Source: an uncultured Clostridia bacterium
Lineage (GTDB): Bacteria; Bacillota; Clostridia; UBA1381
NCBI GenBank assembly: GCA_934454145.1
Contig: CAKSFT010000006.1
Location: 65,149-129,148, forward strand
Direction of reading: 5' to 3'
Length of the DNA: 64,000 nt
The position numbers were made by a program, and so were the translations under genes. Below the pieces are notes generated by a model. That model saw only the letters and a list, made by a program, of their open reading frames with translations. It made no database searches and was not told the DNA's origin. Of the stretch, positions 29,743 to 38,007 are shown in pieces; the first letter of the stretch is position 1; every line of letters starts with the position of its first letter.

Positions 29743-30474
29743 TTATTTAACTCTCTGACGCGAGATTTCATACATCATCACAGCAGCGGCAACAGATGCA
29801 TTCAGCGAATTTATTTCGCCATACATGGGTATGCTCACCAAAAAGTCGCATTTTTCACGCACCAATCGGCTGATTCCCTCCCCTTCGCTGCCTATCACCA
29901 ATCCAATCGCACCCGTAAGGTTGGATTGATACATATTTTCGCCGTCCATGTCCGCCCCGGCAATCCAAAGCCCTTTGTCCTTCAGTTCATCAATCGTGCG
30001 TGCTATGTTTGTCACCTTGGCAACCGGGGTATATTCCAGCGCACCGGCGGCGGTCTTGGAAACCACGGCGCTCAGACCTACGCTGTTCCGCTTCGGGACT
30101 ATGATTCCGTCTGCGCCGACGCAGTTTGCCGTCCTTATGATTGAGCCGAGGTTGTGCGGATCGGTGATTTTGTCACATATGATTACAAACGGCGGTTTTC
30201 CCTTTTCTTCCGCCTTTTTCAGTATATCGCCGACAGACGCATAGGGGCACACCGCCGCAAGGGCAACAATGCCCTGGTGGTTTGCGCCCTCCGTCATTGC
30301 GTCAAGCTTTTGTTTTTCCGTTTCGGTCACGATGATTCCACGCTCTTTTGCCTTTTTTATTATGGATACAATCGAGCCTTCTGTCGCGCCTTTTTTCACA
30401 AAAATTTTATCTATTTCATGCCCAGCGCGAATCGCTTCCATGACCGGGTTTCTTCCTATAATTTTATCTTCCAT
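29743..30474 (-). CDS. rlmB: 23S rRNA (guanosine-2'-O)-methyltransferase RlmB (SpoU/TrmH family)
   Basis: IIGRNPVMEAIRAG...ICDKITDPHNLGSIIRTA...LVIGSEGEGIS...IPMYGEINSLNASVAAAV. Start taken at MEDKII. Confidence 0.88.
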   Translation of the reverse strand: MEDKIIGRNPVMEAIRAGHEIDKIFVKKGATEGSIVSIIKKAKERGIIVTETEKQKLDAMTEGANHQGIVALAAVCPYASVGDILKKAEEKGKPPFVIICDKITDPHNLGSIIRTANCVGADGIIVPKRNSVGLSAVVSKTAAGALEYTPVAKVTNIARTIDELKDKGLWIAGADMDGENMYQSNLTGAIGLVIGSEGEGISRLVREKCDFLVSIPMYGEINSLNASVAAAVMMYEISRQRVK

Positions 30475-30487
30475 AACCTGTTCCGCC

Positions 30488-31693
30488 TCAAAGCATAAAT
30501 TTGTCGTGTATAGCCACAACCGCACGTTCTGCGTCCTTCTGATCCACCAGAACCGACACCTTGATTTCGGAGGTCGATATCATATTTATATTTATGTCGG
30601 CATCGTAAAGCGCCTCAAACATCTTTGACGCCACCCCGACACTGCTCATCATGCCTGTGCCCACAATTGATACCTTTGAAACATCCTTCGACCATTTTAT
30701 ATCGTTGTAGTGCAGAGTATTGTTTTCCCCTTGCAGAATCTTCAGTGCCTCGTCACAATCGCCCTCTGTGACAGTGAAGCTGATGTCCTTTGTCACGCCG
30801 TTTCCTATGGATTGAATAATCAGGTCTACGCTTATGCCATGCTTTGAAAGCAGAGAAAATACCTCAAACGCTTTTCCCGGAGTGTCCTCTATTCCGCAAA
30901 GTGCAATTCTTGCACAATCGTTATCCCTTGTTACCCCTCTGACCAACATCTTTTCCACTTGTTTTACCTCCTTAACATATGTACCTTCATTATTATTCAA
31001 GCTCGACTTCACTGCCAGCTTCACCTTATACTTCTTTGCCATTTCCACAGAACGGTTGTGCAGAACATTCGCCCCCAAAGACGCAAGCTCCAGCATTTCA
31101 TCATAAGAAATGTCGTCCAGTTTATATGCGTTCTTCACAATTCTCGGGTCGGCAGTATAAACCCCGTCCACATCTGTATAAATTTCGCACACATCTGCGC
31201 CCAGCGCCGCCGCAAGCGCAACTGCCGAAGTGTCGGAGCCGCCGCGCCCGAGGGTTGTGATGTCGTCAAACTTGTTGATTCCCTGGAAGCCTGCCACGAT
31301 AACTATACGCCTTTTGTCAATCTCACTTTTCAGGCGCTCCGTGTCTATGTTTTTGATGCGTGCCACAGAATAATGGCTGTCTGTCGTCATTCCTGCCTGC
31401 CAGCCCGTCAGCGAAACAACCGGTCTGCCGATTTTTTCTATCGCCATCGCAAGCAAAGAAATCGAAATCTGCTCACCCGTGGACAAAAGCATATCCATCT
31501 CTCTTTTGGAAGGAGATGCATTTATCTCGTGTGCCTTTTCAATCAAATCATCTGTCGTGTCGCCCTGCGCCGAAACGACCACAATAACATCGTTTCCCTT
31601 GTCATAAGTTTCCACAACGCGGTTTGCAACATTCATGACGCGCTCTGCGTCCTTCACTGATGTTCCGCCGTACTTTTGCACAATCAAACCCAT
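30488..31693 (-). CDS. lysC: Aspartate kinase (monofunctional, two C-terminal ACT domains)
   Basis: 401 aa. IVQKYGGTSV...VVVSAQGDTTD...LGRGGSDTSAVALAAAL. Confidence 0.92.
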   Translation of the reverse strand: MGLIVQKYGGTSVKDAERVMNVANRVVETYDKGNDVIVVVSAQGDTTDDLIEKAHEINASPSKREMDMLLSTGEQISISLLAMAIEKIGRPVVSLTGWQAGMTTDSHYSVARIKNIDTERLKSEIDKRRIVIVAGFQGINKFDDITTLGRGGSDTSAVALAAALGADVCEIYTDVDGVYTADPRIVKNAYKLDDISYDEMLELASLGANVLHNRSVEMAKKYKVKLAVKSSLNNNEGTYVKEVKQVEKMLVRGVTRDNDCARIALCGIEDTPGKAFEVFSLLSKHGISVDLIIQSIGNGVTKDISFTVTEGDCDEALKILQGENNTLHYNDIKWSKDVSKVSIVGTGMMSSVGVASKMFEALYDADININMISTSEIKVSVLVDQKDAERAVVAIHDKFML

Positions 31694-31750
31694 TTTTTTA
31701 CCATTCCTTTCACTCTCTTACCCATACGGCGCAAAAGCGCCGTTTTTATA

Positions 31751-32653
31751 CTAACAATTTTTATATTTAACAACAGTCCCGACATTGTCTGCTGACAAAA
31801 TGCGTATATGATATGACATTTCGTTTGCTGAGAAAAATCCCTTCATGCCATCGACAAGTTCTCTTGTGTTTTTCCCCGTCACCGCCATTATTGTCGGGCC
31901 GGAGCCGCTCAGATACATTGCCTTCGCGCCCAGCTCATATCCTTTGTCAAAAATGTCATACATTCTGTTTATATATGAAGCCCTGTAAGGCTGGTGCAGT
32001 CTGTCGTCCGCAAATTCTCTCAAATCATCATATCTTCCGGTAACCATCGCCGCGGCAAACGCCGAAGCCCTTGCAAGGTTATGTGCCGCCGCTTCAAGCG
32101 TAACCTGCTCCGGCAAAACCTCTCTCGATTTCTTTGTCACCACATAATATTCCGGTATCATCGCGACAAAACGCAAATCCGCCTTGGGCTTTATACTTTT
32201 GCAAATCACACCGCTGTCGGTTTTCATCGAAATGCAAAACCCTCCGTACAGTGCCGGCGCCACATTGTCGGGGTGCCCCTCCATATTTGCGGCAAGGTTC
32301 AATATCTGTCGGCAGTCCAGCTTTCTGCCTGACAGCACATTTGCCGCCGTCATACCGGCAATGATGCATGCACTGCTGCTGCCCATACCGCGCGTCTGCG
32401 GTATGCTGCTGTACTGATATATCGAAAGTCCCCCGGGGTGATATCCCACGCAATCAAAAACTTCCTTCATCGCGCGGTAAATCAAATTGTTTTCCCCTGT
32501 CGGGACATAATCTCCCATACCGAAATTTCTTATCTTTAAACCCTCCGGTATCTCTTTTACCGACACAGTGCTATATAAATTCAAAGCCATGCCAAAACTG
32601 TCAAATCCTGTCCCCATATTGGCGGTTGTCGCCGGGACTCTGACCTCAATCAT
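31751..32653 (-). CDS. thrB: Homoserine kinase
   Basis: 300 aa. VPATTANMGTGFD and GMGSSSA (GHMP kinase) motifs. Confidence 0.92.
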   Translation of the reverse strand: MIEVRVPATTANMGTGFDSFGMALNLYSTVSVKEIPEGLKIRNFGMGDYVPTGENNLIYRAMKEVFDCVGYHPGGLSIYQYSSIPQTRGMGSSSACIIAGMTAANVLSGRKLDCRQILNLAANMEGHPDNVAPALYGGFCISMKTDSGVICKSIKPKADLRFVAMIPEYYVVTKKSREVLPEQVTLEAAAHNLARASAFAAAMVTGRYDDLREFADDRLHQPYRASYINRMYDIFDKGYELGAKAMYLSGSGPTIMAVTGKNTRELVDGMKGFFSANEMSYHIRILSADNVGTVVKYKNC

Positions 32654-33840
32654 TCTTCATACATCCTTATTTTCGAAATAACTCCGCTGCATCCGGAAAT
32701 AAATTCGGTAAAAGCCTTTTCTGTCATTTTTGGGGTGATATAAGCCTTCTCACCCTGTGCCACCCCTGTTATTTCCTCAAAGCCGGCGAATTTGCCGCTG
32801 TCGCCGGCTATGCGGACAATATAAGAAACCTCTTTTTCTTCATACGGGACAATTGTTTCCCCGTCGGAGGCTTCCCATAATATAGTATGCATTTTTTTAT
32901 GTTTTTGGCATTCTATAATGTCCGAAACCACTGCACTTGCCGTCGGGAGCTTGCCCGCACCGCGCCCATAAAACATCGCGTCGCCCAGCATGTCGCACGA
33001 GAGCATCACCGCATTGAAAACATCACACACATTGGCAATCGGTGATGATTTCGGGATTATCATCGGACTTACTCTTGCATAGATTTTGTCATTTTCGTCT
33101 ATGTCGGCATAGCCTATCAGCTTTATAACCGCGTCAAGCTTTTCAGCATATTTCACATCGTCCAGGGTCACTTCTGTTATCCCCTCGGTGTGGATATCAT
33201 TATAATCAACAAACTTTCCCCACGCAACAGAGGCAAGAATTGCAATCTTGCGGCAGGCGTCATATCCCTCTACATCAGCCTCCGGGTTTCTCTCTGCATA
33301 GCCCAGCTCCTGCGCTTTTTCAAGCACATCCAGAAAGCCTTTGCCCTTTGTAAACATTTCCGTCAATATATAATTTGTAGTGCCGTTTAAGATACCCATA
33401 ATCTTTTTGATTTTGTTGGCACCCAGGTTGTTTGTCATCGCGGCAATCACCGGTATTCCTCCGCCGACGCTTGCCTCAAAAAGATACCGCACACCGTTTT
33501 CACAGGCGAGGTTTAAAAGCTCTGTGCCGTATGTCGCCACAAGCTCTTTGTTTGAAGTAACAACACTCTTCCCCTTCTGCAAAAGCTGCTTTGTAAATTC
33601 ATATGCCGGGTGCAGTCCGCCCATAACCTCTGCCACCGCTGTAATTTCAGGGTCGTTCAATATATCGTTAAAATCCTTGGTGAGCAGTTTTTTAACCTCA
33701 GGTTCATCAAAATCTCTTATGTCAAGGATACGCTTTACCTCAATATCTTCTCCCGCCGCTTTCCCGAAGTTTTTTGATTTTATGATTTCCCAGACTCCGC
33801 TGCCGACTGTTCCAAATCCCATAACCGCAATTTTTGCCAT
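32650..33840 (-). CDS. hom: Homoserine dehydrogenase
   Basis: 396 aa. IAVMGFGTVGSGV...SNKELVA...ILNGTTNYIL, with a C-terminal ACT-like tail. Confidence 0.92.
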   Translation of the reverse strand: MAKIAVMGFGTVGSGVWEIIKSKNFGKAAGEDIEVKRILDIRDFDEPEVKKLLTKDFNDILNDPEITAVAEVMGGLHPAYEFTKQLLQKGKSVVTSNKELVATYGTELLNLACENGVRYLFEASVGGGIPVIAAMTNNLGANKIKKIMGILNGTTNYILTEMFTKGKGFLDVLEKAQELGYAERNPEADVEGYDACRKIAILASVAWGKFVDYNDIHTEGITEVTLDDVKYAEKLDAVIKLIGYADIDENDKIYARVSPMIIPKSSPIANVCDVFNAVMLSCDMLGDAMFYGRGAGKLPTASAVVSDIIECQKHKKMHTILWEASDGETIVPYEEKEVSYIVRIAGDSGKFAGFEEITGVAQGEKAYITPKMTEKAFTEFISGCSGVISKIRMYEE

Positions 33841-33856
33841 ATCTTGTTTCCTCCTC

Positions 33857-34294
33857 TTAATTCATTGCTATTATTCTGATTTTATTCACGCCGTCCAGCT
33901 TCTTCAAAATGCTTATAACATTGTCCAAATCAGCGTCAATATTGTCCATCTTAAAAGTCACTGTGACATTTGCCACTCCGTTTATCGGTATGTTTTGATT
34001 TATCGTAAGTACACTTGCAAAGTTCTCTGCAAGAATATTCAAAATTGCCGAAAGCACACCTTTTATGTCATCAAGCGTAAACTCCAGCGAAACCATTCTG
34101 TCCTTTTCCAGCTCACTGCATGCAAAAACATAATCCCTGTATTTATAAAACGTGCTTCTGCTTATCCCCACCTCGCGGATTGCATCATTTGTAGATTTAC
34201 ATTTTCCCGAGGCTATCTTGGTTTTTGCCTCAATCACCTTGAGATATATCCCCGGCACAATCCTTGAGTCCACCATAAGATAAATCGAATCCAT
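33857..34294 (-). CDS. HTH plus ACT domain protein (UPF0735/PheB-like), first gene of the hom-thrB-lysC cluster
   Basis: N-terminal STNDAIREVGISRSTFYKYRDYVF (HTH) followed by an ACT-like fold. Start at MDSIYL with GGAGG 6 nt upstream. Confidence 0.65.
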   Translation of the reverse strand: MDSIYLMVDSRIVPGIYLKVIEAKTKIASGKCKSTNDAIREVGISRSTFYKYRDYVFACSELEKDRMVSLEFTLDDIKGVLSAILNILAENFASVLTINQNIPINGVANVTVTFKMDNIDADLDNVISILKKLDGVNKIRIIAMN

Positions 34295-34502
34295 AACACA
34301 CCTCCGCGTCCGCCACAAACGTACATCTGTTTTACTAAGACAGTATATTATCATATTTGCAAATAAAAGTCAATATCTTAAATTATAAAAGTATATAAGT
34401 TTTGGGCAGATATTTTGTGTATTTATGCCATATATATTTACAGTATTTTTCCCGCTGCGTCCTGTTCATATGTAGAATCTGTCCAAAATTCATTTACCGT
34501 GA

Positions 34503-34531
34503 TTGACATAATGCATAAAATATTATATACT
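34503..34531 (+). promoter_or_regulatory. Sigma-70-type promoter: TTGACA, 17 nt spacer, TATACT
   Basis: TTGACA at 34503-34508, 17-nt spacer, TATACT at 34526-34531, upstream of the SCP2 gene. Confidence 0.55.
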
Positions 34532-34619
34532 TATTATAATATAGGTAGTTGCCCTTGTAAAGAAAAATCTTTAAATTCCGCATCACCTGTATACAATAAT
34601 AAAAGGAGGTCTGTTTATC

Positions 34620-35231
34620 ATGAACTTTTATCAGGCATTTGACAGCATCAAGGAAAGCATAAAAAATTTTGATTCGTCAAAATTCAGCGGTGACTTTGCC
34701 ATTCAGCTGACAATGACAAACAAAGACTGCGGCGGTATTTTTTACATTGAATACAAAAACGGTACACTGAATGTTGAGCCATACAATTATTATGACCACA
34801 ATGTGGACGTAACCGCAAGCTACAACGATTTGTGCAAGGCTCTTTCGGGGGCGCTGAACCTTAAAACCGCGGCAGAAAAGGGTAAAATTGCATTTTCGGG
34901 CGACTCCGGCATATTTGAGGCTTTTGTGTCCGCAATAAGCTTTGCGCCGGCAGAAAAGAAAGCGCCGAAAAAGACCGCTCCTAAAAAAACAACAGTAAAA
35001 AAGACCGCAAAAGAAACAGCGAAGAAACCCGCAAAAGAAACCGCAAAGTCAGTGACCGAAAAAGCGGTGAAAACCGCGAAGGAAACCGCCGAAAAGGTTG
35101 AACAGACGGTGAAATCAGCAGCGGAAAAAGCAGAAAAAACCGTGCAGGAAACAGCAAAAAAAGCAAAAGAAACAATAAAAGCCACAGCAGAAAAATCAAA
35201 AGCAACGGTAAAAAAAGGGCAGAAGAAATAA
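34620..35231 (+). CDS. SCP2 sterol-binding-like domain protein with a Lys/Glu/Thr/Ala-rich repetitive tail
   Basis: The N-terminal ~105 aa resemble an SCP2 fold (FAIQLTMTN...GIFYIEYKNGTLNVEPYNY...ALSGALNLKTAAEKGKIAFSGD). The C-terminal ~95 aa are iterated (K)TAKETA/EK(A/T)V units. Confidence 0.6.
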   Translation: MNFYQAFDSIKESIKNFDSSKFSGDFAIQLTMTNKDCGGIFYIEYKNGTLNVEPYNYYDHNVDVTASYNDLCKALSGALNLKTAAEKGKIAFSGDSGIFEAFVSAISFAPAEKKAPKKTAPKKTTVKKTAKETAKKPAKETAKSVTEKAVKTAKETAEKVEQTVKSAAEKAEKTVQETAKKAKETIKATAEKSKATVKKGQKK

Positions 35232-35256
35232 CGAATACAATATAACCACAAAAAAT

Positions 35257-35289
35257 GGGCTGTAAAAAATCAATTGATTTTTTACAGCC
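35257..35289. terminator. Bidirectional terminator hairpin GGGCTGTAAAAAAT-caattg-ATTTTTTACAGCC
   Basis: Perfect stem with an A-run before and T-rich sequence after. It follows the SCP2 gene. Confidence 0.7.
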
Positions 35290-35301
35290 TTTGATTTTCA
35301 G

Positions 35302-35539
35302 AGGAGATAGGAAAAAGCTTTGGAATTAACAAACTAAGCCAAAGCCTTTGCTTTGGTTTACCCGACGGCGTACACGGGCACGCCGAGCGGCGAGGTTTGT
35401 TGACAGCAAGAAACAAGAAATTATACGAAACCCATTTTTTGATTTTTCTGCCATAATAAAACCAAACTGTAACAATTGTATTTTCTATAGTGTGCGCTTC
35501 ACTTCTTTTCTTGCGTTCCGAAGTTTTTTACATCCCCTT
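35302..35539 (-). ncRNA. Candidate structured RNA, repeat family 2 copy 2
   Basis: Same helices as 6264-6449, with changes confined to loops or giving G-U pairs on the minus strand. About 55 extra nt are inserted in the loop of the outer GCAAGAAA/TTTCTTGC helix. Confidence 0.35.
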
Positions 35540-35551
35540 ATTCATAATGCT

Positions 35552-37525
35552 TTAATAATCCAGCACAACCATCTGGTGGCACTCAAATTTGTCTACAACA
35601 AAGCTTACCGTGCCGTTTTCCGCCGTGAACGGAATTTCGGTTTTCTGCGGTGCAAGATAAACCTTCTTTATGTCTTTGTCGGTTTTGATTTTCACCTTTG
35701 TGTCATAAACCGGCAAAATATCTTCAATGACTTCCACACCCTTGCCCCTTCTCACCGGAGAAGCATAAAGCAAGTGATTGATGAGCCTTTTCTCTGCTTT
35801 TTGTTCCATGATTGTCACGACGCCCTGTGCGCCAAGGTTTGTGCTTATGGTCTTATTCTCATCCAAAAGCAGGTCAAGCGCATGTGTGATGGTTCTCTTG
35901 AGTATCAAAGAGCCTTTTTGTTCATATTCGCCGAATACTTCCCATGCAATGTAAATCCCGTCCTTGCCTTGTGCCATGCCGGGGCCGCCGTATTCAAAGG
36001 AATTTGGCGTGTGTCTGTGCGAGCAAAAATGCTCTACATCTCTGTTGAAATACGGATTTTCGCGCCTGCCGAGTTCCTTTCCGCCCGAAAGCTCAACCTT
36101 TTCCCCATGCGAATAGAACACGTATGATGTGTCAAAAAGTCCTTCCATTTCAAAGCCCGGTCTGAAATAATCCGGGTTATACGGGTTTTCTCCCACATAC
36201 TTCACGCCGAAATCAAACGCAAACTCGTCCTCGTCAGCCTTGAGGCCGCCCTTGCCTGTGGCAAGAATCTTGCCGCCGTGTGCGATAAAGTCATCCAGCT
36301 TTGCCTTAAATTCCGGTGTAACACGCACCAAATCCGGCAATATCATCACTTTGTATTTGTTGAAGTCAACCTCCATGTCCACAACATCAAAAAGATATTT
36401 TCCTTCAAGCAGAATTCTTGCAACGCCTGCGTCTATACCTGTGGTCTTGCCCATTTGTCCCGTGCCGAAACAACCCGAATAGGACTCATAAGAAAATACC
36501 GCAATATCTGTCACCTGATTTACATTGTCAAGCCATTCTTCCTTTTCCTCAAGTTCCGCATAAGCGGCGCCGATAAGCTTGTATGTAGCCATGTCCATTT
36601 CTCCCGAAGGGTGAAGCTGATCACCGATGGAACTTTTTGCACCGTTTGCCGCCGCAAGGCTCACTTCATATCTCAACGCATTGGGATGCTTAAATCCGCC
36701 GAATTCGCCCCAGCTTTCGTGGAATTTCCCCGTCATGCCCAAGAAGTCCATGCCAAGGTTCTGCACATATCTGGCAGAAAGCGGGAAATGGTCGTATCCC
36801 CAGCCTCCCGTCGGCAGTGATTCCAGTTCTATGTGTGTGTTCATGTGTGCAATGTCGCGCCTTCCGCCTCTTATGTGTCCGCCGTTGTGGAAAACGGGCA
36901 GACCGGGCTTTACGGAATCAATTGTTTCTCTTACGCGTCTTGTATAATTTGCATACACTCTTTCCGCCAAATCCAGCACATCTTCAGGTTTTTTGCGGCT
37001 TTTGCCTTCTTCCTCCAGCGTCCTTATGCAATTGTGGCAATAGCACGGCTGCACGCCGACTATGTCCAGGAATATGCCGTCCGCGTCATATCTTTGGCAA
37101 ACCTCTTTTATCTGTGCCAAAAGATAATCCAGATACGGCGAATTCATGCAGAACTTGTGATATCCCGCTGTCATAAAATCCGGTGCCCAGGTTGTGTTGT
37201 CCTCTTGCGATCTGACAAGCCACTCGGGGTGGCGCACTGCCATTTTCTCGTCCAGCCCTGCCGAGAGATATACCGGTGTTTTCACTCCGATTTCATGTGC
37301 CGCCTCAATCTGCGCCCCCAAAAGGTCAAAATCAAGGTGCGGATGCATTTCATTTTTTTCTGACGGGTGATATGCCCAGCCGTGGTGACATTTTGAAAAA
37401 ATCGTAATCGAATTTACATGTCCCGCCTTCAGCGCCGCCTGAAACTGCTCTTTGCTGAATCTTTTGCCTATTCCCGGTATTTTTTCACTGGTGTGAAAAT
37501 CCAGATGTACCTGTCTGAAATTCAT
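35552..37525 (-). CDS. Putative glycoside hydrolase (GH42-like / GHL6 plus beta-galactosidase-trimerisation-type domains)
   Basis: 657 aa. MNFRQVHLDFHTS...ITIFSKCHHGWAYHPS... start and overall architecture. The family call is from memory only. Confidence 0.5.
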   Translation of the reverse strand: MNFRQVHLDFHTSEKIPGIGKRFSKEQFQAALKAGHVNSITIFSKCHHGWAYHPSEKNEMHPHLDFDLLGAQIEAAHEIGVKTPVYLSAGLDEKMAVRHPEWLVRSQEDNTTWAPDFMTAGYHKFCMNSPYLDYLLAQIKEVCQRYDADGIFLDIVGVQPCYCHNCIRTLEEEGKSRKKPEDVLDLAERVYANYTRRVRETIDSVKPGLPVFHNGGHIRGGRRDIAHMNTHIELESLPTGGWGYDHFPLSARYVQNLGMDFLGMTGKFHESWGEFGGFKHPNALRYEVSLAAANGAKSSIGDQLHPSGEMDMATYKLIGAAYAELEEKEEWLDNVNQVTDIAVFSYESYSGCFGTGQMGKTTGIDAGVARILLEGKYLFDVVDMEVDFNKYKVMILPDLVRVTPEFKAKLDDFIAHGGKILATGKGGLKADEDEFAFDFGVKYVGENPYNPDYFRPGFEMEGLFDTSYVFYSHGEKVELSGGKELGRRENPYFNRDVEHFCSHRHTPNSFEYGGPGMAQGKDGIYIAWEVFGEYEQKGSLILKRTITHALDLLLDENKTISTNLGAQGVVTIMEQKAEKRLINHLLYASPVRRGKGVEVIEDILPVYDTKVKIKTDKDIKKVYLAPQKTEIPFTAENGTVSFVVDKFECHQMVVLDY

Positions 37526-37556
37526 AGTTTTTTCTCCTTTTTTCTGATTTTTGCAT

Positions 37557-37590
37557 AGGTAATTGTAAAATGCAGATTTTGCAATTACCT
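37557..37590. repeat. Solo family P palindrome in the 5' UTR of the glycoside hydrolase gene
   Basis: AGGTAATTGTAAAAT-gcag-ATTTTGCAATTACCT. It lies 31 nt upstream of the ATG at 37525 and downstream of the promoter at 37634-37662. Confidence 0.7.
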
Positions 37591-37633
37591 GTCTGATTTT
37601 TACCGTTTTTTTTTGGAATTATTATCTTTTCAG

Positions 37634-37662
37634 ATTATATAACACAGTGCACGAAAAGTCAA
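37634..37662 (-). promoter_or_regulatory. Sigma-70-type promoter for the glycoside hydrolase gene: TTGACT, 17 nt spacer, TATAAT (minus strand)
   Basis: Reverse complement of 37657-37662 is TTGACT. Spacer is 17 nt. Reverse complement of 37634-37639 is TATAAT. Confidence 0.6.
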
Positions 37663-37774
37663 CAAATATATGCCAAAATTTTTATTTTTTCCATGCTCTC
37701 TGCTTTCTTTGGTGCTCTTTTTTTCCGTGCGGCCGATATTTTTGGTTATATATCAAAAAAATTGAGGAAATTAC

Positions 37775-37803
37775 TTGAAAAATCCTTATAAAAATGATAT
37801 AAT
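37775..37803 (+). promoter_or_regulatory. Sigma-70-type promoter for recJ: TTGAAA, 17 nt spacer, TATAAT
   Basis: TTGAAA at 37775-37780, 17-nt spacer, TATAAT at 37798-37803. Confidence 0.55.
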
Positions 37804-37846
37804 TAAGATTGTTACATTATTAATATGTAACTGATTATAAAAACAA

Positions 37847-37979
37847 TGTTTTACAATTACAGACTAGAGCGGAAATGACACACATGCCGTCATTTTTGAT
37901 TACCAATCAGGGGGTGGCACCCCCGATACCCCGCAAAGATGCGGTGGCTAATTGTAAAATTTACATTTTACAATTACCT
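37847..37979. mobile_element. Truncated family P MITE-like copy C (right ~2/3 only)
   Basis: Matches copy A from AAATGAC.CACATGCCGTCATTTTTGATT.CCAATCAGGGG...CCGCAAAGATGCGGT through the terminal palindrome. The left part is replaced by a half palindrome TTTTACAATTAC. Confidence 0.65.
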
Positions 37980-38007
37980 AAAACAATTTAAATTTTGGGA
38001 GAATCTT

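Noticed and set aside
31694-31750. Hairpin ACGGCGC-aaaa-GCGCCGT between thrB and lysC as a terminator or lysine (L-box) riboswitch.
   Set aside because: The T-run follows the hairpin only on the plus strand, while both flanking genes are on the minus strand. The 57-nt gap is also far too short for an L-box aptamer.
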